DNA from: Podarcis melisellensis | Lineage: Eukaryota | NCBI GenBank assembly: GCA_964234715.1 | Contig: OZ174279.1 | DNA length: 64,000 nucleotides | Strand: one strand, 5' to 3' | Shown: in pieces, positions 26,880 to 38,419 of the stretch | How the letters are laid out: every line of letters starts with the position of its first letter | Numbering within the stretch: the stretch's first letter is position 1 | Program-made: the position numbers and the translations under genes | The notes under the pieces: model-generated | Databases searched by the model: none | What the model saw: the letters and a program-made list of their open reading frames with translations, nothing else | Told to the model about the DNA's origin: nothing

Positions 26880-27668
26880 TGTTTACTGCATTTATATCCC
26901 ACCTTTTTATCTAAGAAGCTCAAGGTGGCATACATGGTTTTCTTCCTCCTTATTTACCATATTTTTCGCCCCATTAGACGCACCGCCCCATAGGACGCAC
27001 CTAGTTTTTATGGGGGGGAAATAAAGAAAAAAAAATTTATTTCCCCCCCCAGGCGCGGGGCTGGCGCAGGGGAAGCCCGAGCTTCCCCCGACCCCAGCCC
27101 CCAGAACAGCCTGCTATCCGCAAGCCTAGGGGGCCGCACCGTCTCCCCAGGCTTGCGGAGAGCTGCGTGAAGCCCGGGCACGCTCTTCAGCGCGCCCCAG
27201 GCTTCGGAATGCAGGCAGCTCTGCGCAACCCTTCAGAGCCCGGTGCGGCTTTGCGCCAGGCTCTGTAGGGTCACGCAGAACTGGGCGATCCCCGGGAGTG
27301 CAGGCAGCTCTGCGCAACCCTTCAGAGCCCGCACATCTTCGAGCTGGTCTCCCAAGGGTTGCACAGATCTTCCTGAAGCCTGGAGAGCGAGAGGGGTCAG
27401 TGCGCACCGACCCCTCTCGCTCTCCAGGCTTCAGCGAAACCCTGCATTCGCCCCATAGGACGCACACACATTTCCCCTTCATTTTTGGAGGGGAAAAAGT
27501 GCGTCCTACAGGGCGAAAAATACGGTAATCCCCACAACAATCTTATGAGGTAGGTTAGGCTGAGAGGCAGTGAGTGGCCCCAGATCATCCAGTGAGTTTC
27601 ATGACAATGTTGGGATTTAAACCCTGGTCTCTCAGGTCCTAGTCTAACACTAACCACTACACCACACC
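26880..27668 (-). mobile_element. MIR-related (Squam3-like) SINE split by a DNA-transposon MITE
   Basis: Tail half at 26880-26956 (tttatatcccacc...caaggtggcatacatgg); head half at 27528-27668 (ccacaacaatcttatgaggtaggttaggctgaga...ctaaccactacacc). Confidence 0.75.
26957..27525. mobile_element. Non-autonomous Tc1/mariner-superfamily (Tc2-like) MITE
   Basis: TIRs cc(a/g)tatttttcgccc ... gggcgaaaaatacgg; TA duplication at 26955-26956 and 27526-27527; CpG-rich interior. Confidence 0.85.
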
Positions 27669-30600
27669 ATCAATACCATCAGCAGCTGAATGCATTCAAA
27701 GGCATGCTGCCTCTGGAAGTGGAGGATTGCCATCTGTGAAGTGGGATATATGGCAGCTCTACTCACTAGTGATATTCACAGCTCCAATCACCTATTGCTT
27801 TGGTGCCATTTCCCTCCCCGCCGCCCAGCCGTCTTCTTCATTTTAGTAACAGCAGTGTTCCCACACAGCCCATCAGATATGACTATGGGTTGAGGTCACA
27901 AAGTTACATCAGAGAGAAAGCAATGTCTACTCAGGAAGCATTGTATTGTACCTCACTCTACGTTAGCTTTGTTCACTCTCAGAAACATCAAAGCACTGCC
28001 AAATCTGATTTGCTATGTGATGGTGTTACCGTTCTTAATAAGAAGGCATTTATAAAGAAAAAATGGTGCTAAGGACAAACAGGATTCACAGTGAAGTGCT
28101 GCCTTTATGCCAGGTATGCAAAAGCAGGTTGGCTAACTGAATGCATACGGTGGTGAGCAGGCTGGCTGTCTCTGTCAGCGAGACCTTCTTTCTAGTGCCA
28201 CCAAGGGAATGGCAAGAAGTCTCCCTCGGATACCCAAAAGGGGTGTGCATTTGTTGTGTGGTGGGTAACATTTAATGAAAAGCACCTATAATTCCAGCTA
28301 ATCCCTCCGTTTCCCGTTAAACAAACAACATATATCCCATGTACCCCACCACCACAGAAATGTTGCTTAAATGCCTATACTATAAAGGTAAGGAAGAATA
28401 TTTTCCTGAGATTTTTAATTTGCTTCCTGAGCCAATGTGTTCCCTAATGCCTAAATTATCAGCTGAGTCACTATGACCGGGCAAAACGGAACAGGTCACA
28501 GCATTTAAAATATAGTCTGATATGACAGACTATGCATTAACATAAACCTTTTTAGACTAGTTAGTACATGTGTGACCGAGGAGAAATCTCTCTAGCTATG
28601 AATTAAAGCTTCTTTCCCCAGTGATATGCATAATTGTTTTCTCCAACAAGGAAGAGCAGACCTGGCTCACAAGCTTAGAACGAATGATCTTTTAAAAAAC
28701 AATTATTTGGGTAAGTCTAAGAAACTCTAATTAAGCTATTAGAAATCCTAAAGAGAAAGCAAAACAATAATCTTACTTAACAGCTGCTTACAACAGTAGC
28801 TGCCAGTTCCAATTATTAGAAAAAGATTGTGTGTATTTTTTTAAAAAAACACAGGTTGCAGTTCTAACGTTTTTAATTAAGATTTTATTGTCTATTAACA
28901 TGAATGAGTTATGAGAGAGGTTGAAGAAACTGTTTGGCTTCAAGAGAATTGGTAGCTGAACAAATTTATGTGGGCCACTCAGTTTTAACTTAAACTGCAT
29001 CATTACTTTTATCATTCACTAGGCTTTGTTTTCTATCAGTTCAAGCACTCCTGAGAAATAAATCCTCCAAACTTAGAATGAATTTTGAGATTACAATTTG
29101 AACCAACCCTTCAAATTGTGCCATATGTACAGAGTATATGAAATATAAATAAATGAGAAGCTGTCAGTTGTGTCATTTTAATCTGGAAGACGCAACAGAT
29201 TCGTTTTATGATTTTCATTCAATTGTTCGTTGTATATGAAAAATAAGATGTGCTTTAGTTTGCTAGGTACCTATAGTGCCAGATTGCATGCATTTGTATC
29301 TTTCTATATTGGGCGGTGAACTGTTGATTTCTAATGTAAAGGCACCAGGTGGTGGTAACTGAAGTCTTTTGTTCAGATTGCTCTTTATAGAAAATCTATT
29401 AGGAGGGGCCTAGAGCGGAAGAAACGCTGTGTGTGAAGAACAATATAGAAGTTTCCCATAGTATTTTAGACGGAGAAGGACAAGGAAATAATGACCTTTA
29501 CAAAACAAAAATATTTCCAGCCTATGCTTTATTGCAGCAGTCTTTCGTTTTTTTTTAGCACCTTTAACGCCAATCTGCATCACAGAACCCCTTTCTGTAC
29601 TTTCTATTTCTTTCTCCTTTGCTTCTCTCTCTTTCTCACCAGAAAAAGAGTGCTGGTGTGATCAACATGCTAAAGAAAGAATATGGTGGGCTGGTCAGGG
29701 CTCAGACCATTTTTGGGTCCCAACCAGTGGCGAATCCTTGTGCACAGTGCACTAAACTATTAAGAGGGGGAAATTCTGACAGCTACCAACTTGCAGGGGA
29801 CAGAAAGCAGCTGGTAAAGATTCAGGATTTTTAAGGCTTTGAGGTTCTGGCACTAGTACTAGTAAGCTGGTGCAAGAGTACAAAAGGGGTTCACTCCTTG
29901 ACCAAGCCTATTGTGGAAGCCAAGGGACAGACCTTAGAACTAAATGGTTGTTTAGTGAAGAAAACTGGAGGGGTAGCACAGTAAGGCTGCATCCATCTTA
30001 CCATCCAAAATGATCACAATAAATCAGTGAATTTCACTTCTGAGAAACATTGTAAAGTCTAATAATATAACTGTGTTAGGTTATTTCCTAACCTCCTTAG
30101 GTTTTAAATATCAGTCATTTGACATGACCAGTATAATCACAAATATCCTAATTACTGGCACATTAAAATATTTTGTTTGGAATTTCACTAGAGATCTCCC
30201 CTGCCCTCCCCATCTGCTTCAAGTCCAGATACATAATACTCAGAGCCGGTCAAATTAATTTGGCACCTAAGGTGGGAAAATCCCACAAGTGCATGTTCCT
30301 CCCCCGTGACAGTAAAAATACCAAAATTAAGTAAGTAACTATCAATTTGCTGCCCTTTCATGATGTCCAAAATCAGCTGCTTCACTCCACCTAATAGTAG
30401 GCCCAGCCCTGCCCAGGGCAGCAAAGAAAGAGTATCTTCTGCTGTGCACAGCATTGTGGACACTCAATTTACACTTCTACACAAACACACCAAGATGCAT
30501 ATGAGCTTTGGGGTCAAATATTAAGTCATTACTCAGCGGAAAACCATGGCAGTAAGAATTGTAAGGAAGGCTCTTATGAAATTATGGTTGTGACAGTGGG

Positions 30601-30855
30601 CCAACAGATTTGAACATGTAAAGGTTCTAAGCAGGTGATAGTTGTTAAAAATTGTATCAGGTCTGTTGCCTATAAATATCTACTATTCATATGTCCCACA
30701 CAATTTCTGTGGTCAGCTGATGTTGGCCACTTGATAGCACTCTCCATGTGTCACATGCAAATGTAAAAGTTATTTAGAAAGTCACTCTTGCTTGCCACAC
30801 CCTGGTTTAGGAACTTCCTTCCCCTGCCTATCAGGAATTCTCAATTGAGTAGTTA

Positions 30856-30952
30856 CCGTATTTTTCGTCCTATAGGGCGCACCGGCCCATAGGACGCACC
30901 TCATTTGGGGGGGGGAGAATGGCCCCCTGCTGAAAAAGTTTGCTGACCCCTG
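30856..30952. mobile_element. Tc2-like MITE left end fused to a hAT MITE terminus
   Basis: TA|ccgtatttttcgtcctatagggcgcacc (same TIR as 26957) runs to a poly-G, then ggccccctgctgaaaaagtttgctgacccctg|gtctagag. Confidence 0.65.
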
Positions 30953-33917
30953 GTCTAGAGCATATCGTATGACACATTAGGGTGAAGATAAACATATATT
31001 CTAAAGTATGGTGGAACATGCGCTCACTGCATTTCGAGGTTCTTATTGACATTCATTTGTGCACAAATGAACACAGAATGCATGTTTGAGGGTAAACCTC
31101 TTGGCTGGCCTTCATTCTTTTAAAAGGTAACATTTGCACGGGGTCTACCTGCACATACCTGAACGCATACACCTCTACAAGTGAACTGGTACCCTGGAAA
31201 ATGGAGATTCAGAGGTCTATGCACATTCACTTGTTCAGAAATGAATGCCAGGAAAAGGATTCAAAATATTTAATTTTAGGGCACATCATATGTTGTTTGT
31301 TTTTCAGGTCATTTTGACCTACATAAACAATTAAGTAAATTCCTTATACAGTACAGTATGCAGAACTACTATAATGATTTATTTATTTTTAAATGCTGGG
31401 GAGTAGGTGGATTTTGGGAATCCTTCCTATGCTGAAGGGAACTACAAGAAAGCACTTTCTTTGGTCCACAAATAGATAACCTGGCCTTACAGTTCAGACA
31501 TCATAGCCTCTACGAAACTTCACAGTGTTGTGCACATGAAACACCTGACCATTGGCAACTGCCTTAGGAGAGGTACACCTAGTACCACCAAGCTTGCAGA
31601 TAGAATGTAGAAGGTATCATCACTCACCAATTTTTCACTGTTCAGGATGAAATGAGGAACACGATGTTGGCTGGCTAATATGCTGACCTGCCTGGCTTTG
31701 GAAACACAAATAGGTACAAACAGGGAACAGCATTTCATTATTTTGATCACAACCTATGGCTTCATTCACTACTCCATTCTCTCACAAGAATGAGTGGCCA
31801 GTTATTTAAAATATGTAGATCTGCCTCCTGGACCATAGCTTATATTCACATGGGTGAAAACGTCTCTTTTCTGTACTTCCAGGATTTTTTTTAAAATATC
31901 AAACTGGTTTTCTGGGGAATGTCCTATTGACTTCTATTACAGTAGGAAAAGTATCCCAGGGAAGTTTAAGAATATTATGGTTCATGGAAGGGGTTAAAAT
32001 TATTTCCATAATGAGCAGCTTTATTATGTTTGATATTTTTTTAATGGGGTTAAAGGATGCTTTTGGGAAACCTCTTCCTTCATCCCAGGAAGTTAAATAT
32101 GGGAAGTCCTGTGACACTATCCCTGCTTTCCTTACATTGTTTTGGAACTGCTGCGTGTGGACAGTGGCCCTAATTTCTGTAATTTGTTCACTATTCAAAG
32201 ATCCAAGCAGTTATGCTGCTTATTGTCCTGCTTGCCTCCTTAAACAAATATTCTATAGGTTTCTTTCTCTCCTGCAGTTTCAGTATTTCTTCTTATAGTC
32301 ACATCCACAAAACATGTGACAACACATTAACATTCTTTCTATGTCTCCCTGCCCCCACTGTCCCCATTTCCCTCACTTGCAACTATTCCTGCATCATTAC
32401 AGCACTCTTTATTCCCAAGTGAATATTGTGACTTCTCAGAAATATTCTGTGAGGGGAGAGGGAAACATCAGGGAAAATTCACTCTGGGAGCACAGGAAGA
32501 ACAGGGTGTACATCCAATTTTTACTAGGGCTATGAACCCATTAAATTAAACTGAAGAGACTGGTTACATTTAAATAAATGTGCATTTACCTAAACCTCTA
32601 GAAAGGCACTTTTTTGAGACACTGAAGGAGGTGTCTAAGGTAACTTCCAAGTTGATAAATGGCTACTGCTCATTGTTAGAAGAAAAAGAGAGAGCCCAGC
32701 TTCATATTTCTCCCTTATTGTACAGTAGTCACACATCAAAACCATAATATTCTAAACAAATAGAAGAGGTATGTCCAGAACTGTCAAACTATTACTTTAG
32801 CTGTAAAGCTTGCTGCCCTAAGTTTTAAGGATAATCTCCTTCTATTCAATCCTTTTTCATGTGGTAAAGGCCCTTGAGGCAACTAGGCTTTGAACAAGCC
32901 CTCTCAACTCCATTACAAAAACATTTGAGAATATAAAACCTACCCCTTTATTTTAAAATTAAACTGCCTTCACCCCACCAATTCTCAAGTAGTAAACAAC
33001 TCTTCTCTTTCCCTGGTGCTCTCACTGTAATATCCTCCCTAGCTCCATCCCAGAACACTTGCACGCAATGGATCACATTTAAGTAATCCATTGTGGAAAT
33101 TTGAATAGAAGCCAGCTCAGCTCACCGTGAGGGAAGTGGCGTGACCTGCTTGTGTGTGAGCGAGTCCCAGGTCTTTCCTCTCCAGCGCCTCTTTCCTCTT
33201 CCCACTGAAGGCTACTTGCTTCCCTGCATGCAGTCTTGACAAAGTAGTAAGAAGGCTAATTTTAGGGTACTTCATCATAGTGCCATGCAAAGACATGGTG
33301 TCATTTCAAAATCAGCAGCATGTGGCACTGCTTTGAGCTCCCTCCCCGCCTTTCCTGAATTGTGGTCTCACTTTTATCTACAGTAGGGCAGCACTTGGTA
33401 CTTTGTGGCAATGCACATTAAGGAACTAAAGGAAATTTCTCAGGAGTAAGTTGCCTGACTATGGAATTCCCTCTTCCAGCCTCTACTTTGTTGGGCTTCT
33501 GCTGCCAGATCAAAACAAAAACTTTAGACAACAGAGGGTGCTAAAATTATGAAATTTGTGAAGGGAAGGAAAAGGAGATGGATATGTATCCAGTGTAGGG
33601 ACTGAAGGGGGACATCTGTCCCCAATATTTGTCTCCAGAATTGTTTTCTGACTTTGCTAATTTATTTATTTAGTAGACTTCTAAACTGCCTGCCATTTGA
33701 AAAGTTCCCAGGGCAGTTCACAGGTCAGTTACTAAAAGCACAATTAAATGCAAAATAAACAACAAACCAACAATTTAAAAGAGTGCAAGCAGATATTCAA
33801 TTACTGTCTGGAGAAAACACAGAAGACTTAAAACTCTCTGTAATCCAAGACCTCAGACATCTAAACAATTTTACCAAAGGCCTATGAGAAGAGATGTGAT
33901 CTCCATTAACAGTGCAG

Positions 33918-34052
33918 TCCCACATGACCTGGAAAGCTGTCTGCGGACAATTGCTGGCTCCCTTGGCCTGAAACGAGATGAGTGTGTCACCATACAATCA
34001 CCTTTGACAGGACTTAACCATTCAGGGGTCCTTTACCTTTTTACCTTTACCT
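33918..34052 (+). mobile_element. 5'-truncated, diverged Sauria SINE 3' end
   Basis: ccacatgacctggaaagctgt...caggggtcctttacctttttacctttacc tail. Confidence 0.75.
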
Positions 34053-35195
34053 TTTTGTCTGTTCAGTTCAATGGGGATTGCTCCCAAGAAAGTGTGCACA
34101 GGATTGACCCTGGCCTGAGCACTCACATTTGTTGGCTAAAACTTGCATCCAGAACATCTATGTGCTGCCACCTCTCTCCTTAAGACCTTTATCTAAACCC
34201 ACAATTGCAGCTTAACCTTTGCAAGCAGAAACTAAGGTAAAGTATATATAATTGCACTTATTCTTCTCTTGTAATTCACACCTCTGTCTTTTCATACCAA
34301 GTGGGCCACAAGAGTACTTCGACACAGAACCTGCAGACTGCACACTAATTTGTCACACTGTTGGGTGTGATAGACCCTCACACCTCCTTCCCAAAGCCCA
34401 ATGCCTCACTTACACCAAGCTGGCCAAGAACAACTATAGCACTATTCATGTGTTCTAATCTCTAACAAGATGAAAAGAGAACAGGAAACAGCATAGGACT
34501 CCGCCTTCCATTTCAGCTCTGTATAATACACCCCGCACTGTTCAGGGCCCCTCAGTCCTAAGGACAAGGTTTTAGAAGTACGTAGGGCTATAGGGGTAAG
34601 GAGGGGGAGAGAAACATTGGCTGGGTAAGCTGCCTTCCACTTGGGTCACCATCAGATACAGTGATACACATTAACATCAACATCACCTGCATAAGTACAA
34701 CTGCAGGAATATTTTAAGGGAAATTTCTTTAGCTAAGAGGGCTTGACAATTATTCATTATGTATGAACTGGCTTTTACACTGTAGCGCAGACAATTCAAT
34801 AACTGATAGTACTGATAACTAAAGATTAGTACCCAGTAGAATGTAAAGATGTTAGCCCTTGCAGACTTGCAACAAATCTCTTTACTAATTATGAAAAGGC
34901 TTAAATACAAAAATATCTAAGTATTCTTTAATAGTCAAGTATCACTTCTTGTCTACATTGCCATTTGTTTCCATAGGTCCTGATGGTAATTATGCTGTTG
35001 CTTTGTAGTGTAAGAGTCTGGTTCCCTCTGCCTGCAGGCAAAGACATTGCTACTTGAACAGATCGATATAATCACAAAACAGAGAAATGTACTGAGTTCT
35101 TTTTATTCAGGTGTGCTGCCACTGATTGTGATTCATGAGAGGAATTAAAAAAAAACAAGCATTCACACTCACCAGTATGGGAGGTAATAGGTAGG

Positions 35196-35554
35196 TAAAG
35201 GTAAAGGTACCCCTGCCCGTACGGGCCAGTCTTGCCAGACTCTGGGGTTGTGCGCCCATCTCACTCAAGAGGCCAGGGGCCAGCGCTGTCCGAAGACACT
35301 TCCGGGTCACGTGGCCAGCGTGACATCGCTGCTCTGGCGAGCCAGAGCTGCACACGGAAACGCCGTTTACCTTCCCGCTAGAAAGCGGTCCCTATTTATC
35401 TACTTGCACCCGGAGGTGCTTTCGAACTGCTAGGTTGGCAGGCGCTGGGACCGAGCAACGGGAGCGCACCCCGCAGCAGGGATTCGAACCGCCGACCTTT
35501 TGATCGGCAAGTCCTAGGCGCTGAGGCTTTAACCCACAGCGCCACCCGCGTCCC
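35196..35554 (-). mobile_element. Full-length Sauria SINE (tRNA-derived head, BovB-type tail)
   Basis: Minus strand starts GGGACGCGGGTGGCGCTGTGGGTTAAA; B box GGTTCGAATCC (35480-35490); (ACCTTT)n tail; perfect 10-bp TSD aataggtagg at 35186-35195 and 35555-35564. Confidence 0.92.
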
Positions 35555-38174
35555 AATAGGTAGGAACCAACTATTGCCCAAAGCAGTGGCATCCTAGCTT
35601 TACAATTTGATCATTAGCTGCTAGACTTGTGAGAACTGAGAATCTTTTGAGACAACCATTACTTTCCTCTACTAATTGATAATATTCCCTTATCACTTCT
35701 TTCATGTTTAAAAAATAAAAATGGATCCTCCAAACTCTAAATAATTTCTATGAACCGCAGCATGCTACTATGCTGTTCTGGCACTTTAAAGACAGTCACC
35801 CAAAAAATGAGTAAAGTTACTGTTACTGCTTATTTCAAAGTGCTTTTCTGTTATGCTTCGTATTCTGAAGATTTATGTGGATGTAATCTACCTGTCTGTA
35901 TTACAGCTGTCCAATTAATTTTTAAACATGTAACACATCTAATGTCCACTGTACATACTGTTATGTACATACTTTCATGCCTCACAATTCTCTGCTGAGC
36001 AGTGTGCAAGATTCCAGGGGGTTCCAGGCACTCAAGGTCTTGTTCCCACTGAGAAGCAAGGTGCAGCAGAGGCTTTAGCATCTTTTAGAAATATGCTTTA
36101 ATTACACATATTTACACCTGTTGAGATGAAAGGGGTGCAGATCTTACAGCATTGTCATTTCAAGAGCAGCTTGTTCTTCAAAGCAGCCCAACATTGCAGA
36201 CAGATGCTTCCCTACCAGCTCCAAGATGGCTCTGACCTCCAGCCCCCTCACATAGGGTTCTACCTACTTCCTTTATTCTTTCCAGAAAATCCCTTGCCCA
36301 GGAACTCTGCCCCTTTTCTGTCCAGGGAAACCACTTTTCCATGTGGCCCCTGCTTCTTCAAAGCTCTCATTTCAAAACCAGCACAATTTTGTTTCACATC
36401 AAACCCCCTCCCAGACACCTTAGCAACCTTTGTCTGCCCAGGCCTAAGGATTCCTCTTTGATGGCCCATCAACACCTTTTGACATGTTAACTCCTCTTTC
36501 CCAGGTTCTGGCTTGGAAAGGAAGCATAGCTTGCATTTTTCCACTGGCCTGGACTCATACTGTACTCCAAATATTACCTAGATTCTGACTTCCGACTTCC
36601 ATTAATTTCTTGGGTCCCCTCCCCCCCCCAAATAAACCCTTATAACATTATGAAAGTTTGAATAGGCAGCACAAAATTTACAACCTGATTCTAAATCCCA
36701 CTTCCCCAAATAATGAGAAGTTCCAGGGGCAGTGCTAACTGCTTTTGCTTTGCTTTGGAGAGCAATGGAAACTGAGGATAATTTTGTAATATGTGCTTTG
36801 AAGGCAAACAACATACATTTCTAACCAGGCAACAGATCTGATACCTTGCATGAGATTCCTTAAGAGATGTACCTTGCACCCCAAGATGCTTGTAGCTTTC
36901 AGGTCAATTTTCTCTCTCCACCCTCTGGTCGAAAACCTGCTTCTTTTGCTCCTTCACATATACTGGTACTTCTTAATCTAGCATTTGCTAGAAATGAAAT
37001 GTGTCACCTTCATAGTTCTGATCTCCAATTATTTCCTGACCATTTTCTCCTGTTGGGAAAACATTTATCAACCATCCTGGGTCATTAGCATGCAGTCTGC
37101 CTAACAAAAGAATGACGCCTATAATGTAGAGGTTAATTAGACTGAATTACAAAAGGAAAACAGATAATTTGGTTTAGCTTTTTAAAAAGCAAGTTTTGAA
37201 TTACTAAGGACTCTCTAGCAGAAAGCTAGAGAAAAAAATCCTTAATAAAGAGCCTTGCATCACATTCAAACTTGCTACTGTACAACTATTCCAACAGAAA
37301 CAGGTATATTAAGTGTCTTAGGCTGCAAACCTGAGCTTTCTTATTATTGCTTTACTCATACAGTTTAACCATTTAGTGTCAATTTAGCACTTTTCACTGC
37401 TTTATTTGAAACGTGTCTCCAATTAACCAGTGAATTAAAAAAATGTTAACTACTTTCCATACAAGTAATTGCCAAAACCACAGATGGCAGGCAGCATGTT
37501 AGAACAGACCTTCCCTTTTCCTTCTCACAGGAGGAAACTTCTCTCATAGTGCTGGTGGTGCCTGCTGTGACATGTGTGTGTGCATCATAGGAAAACAAAG
37601 AAACAAAAGAAGTCCATGGGCGCTATTCTTCAGAACTACTCCTCCTAGTCGTATGCAAATCTGTGGGAATCAATTACTGTCACAAAATTGTTCTTATGAT
37701 GCCTTTAAGCCGTATTATAGGACATCCCTCAGCAAATATATTTGGGCGTTTTACAGTATTAACATAATAGTAGGCAGAAAAGGCAAGTCCCTGCACTGCC
37801 CTAAGACCATAGGAGGCAACTCCTAGGGGCTGACGTCACTTCGGCCCCCCAATAAAAAAATTGAGGCCTCCCTCCCCCCAAATTAATGGGCATTGCCATT
37901 CAAATGGTGTTCACCCACTGGGTCTTGTGATCGATTATGCGGGGCTGGGCTTAACTCCCCCCCCCCAATATTTTATATAAGGCGGCATCCTTTGCCTAGG
38001 GGCCTTGCAGTCTAAAATAGCGCTGGGCCCTGATCCTAATTTACTCAGAAGTAGGTGGGGGACTTACTCCACAGTGAAGTGGGTCCTACTGAGTTACTTA
38101 AAAAGTGTGTGGAGACGTGAAAGGACCTGCTACCATTTCCCTCAACTTCTAGCGAGCGAGGCAGGGGGGAAATA

Positions 38175-38416
38175 CAGTGGTACCTCAGGTTAAGTACTTA
38201 ATTCGTTCCGGAGGTCCGTACTTAACCTGAAACTATTCTTAACCTGAAGCACCACTTTAGCTAATGGGGCCTCCTGCTGCAGCAGCGCCGCCGGAGCCCG
38301 ATTTCTGTTCTCATCCTGAAGCAAAGTTCTTAACCTGAAGCACTATTTCTGGGTTAGCGGAGTCTGTAACCTGAAGCGTATGTAACCTGAGGCATATGTA
38401 ACCTAAGGTACCACTG
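38175..38416. mobile_element. Tigger/pogo-like MITE
   Basis: TA|cagtggtacctcaggtta ... taacctaaggtaccactg|TA; internal repeated taacctgaag motifs. Confidence 0.88.
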
Positions 38417-38419
38417 TAA

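Noticed and set aside
27126-27657. ORFs on both strands sharing an identical peptide
   Set aside because: Artefact of the 62-bp palindrome in a non-coding MITE; no transposase motifs.
31899-32535. Cluster of 60-123-aa ORFs
   Set aside because: Mostly non-ATG starts in AT-rich DNA, with no domains and no splice-consistent structure.
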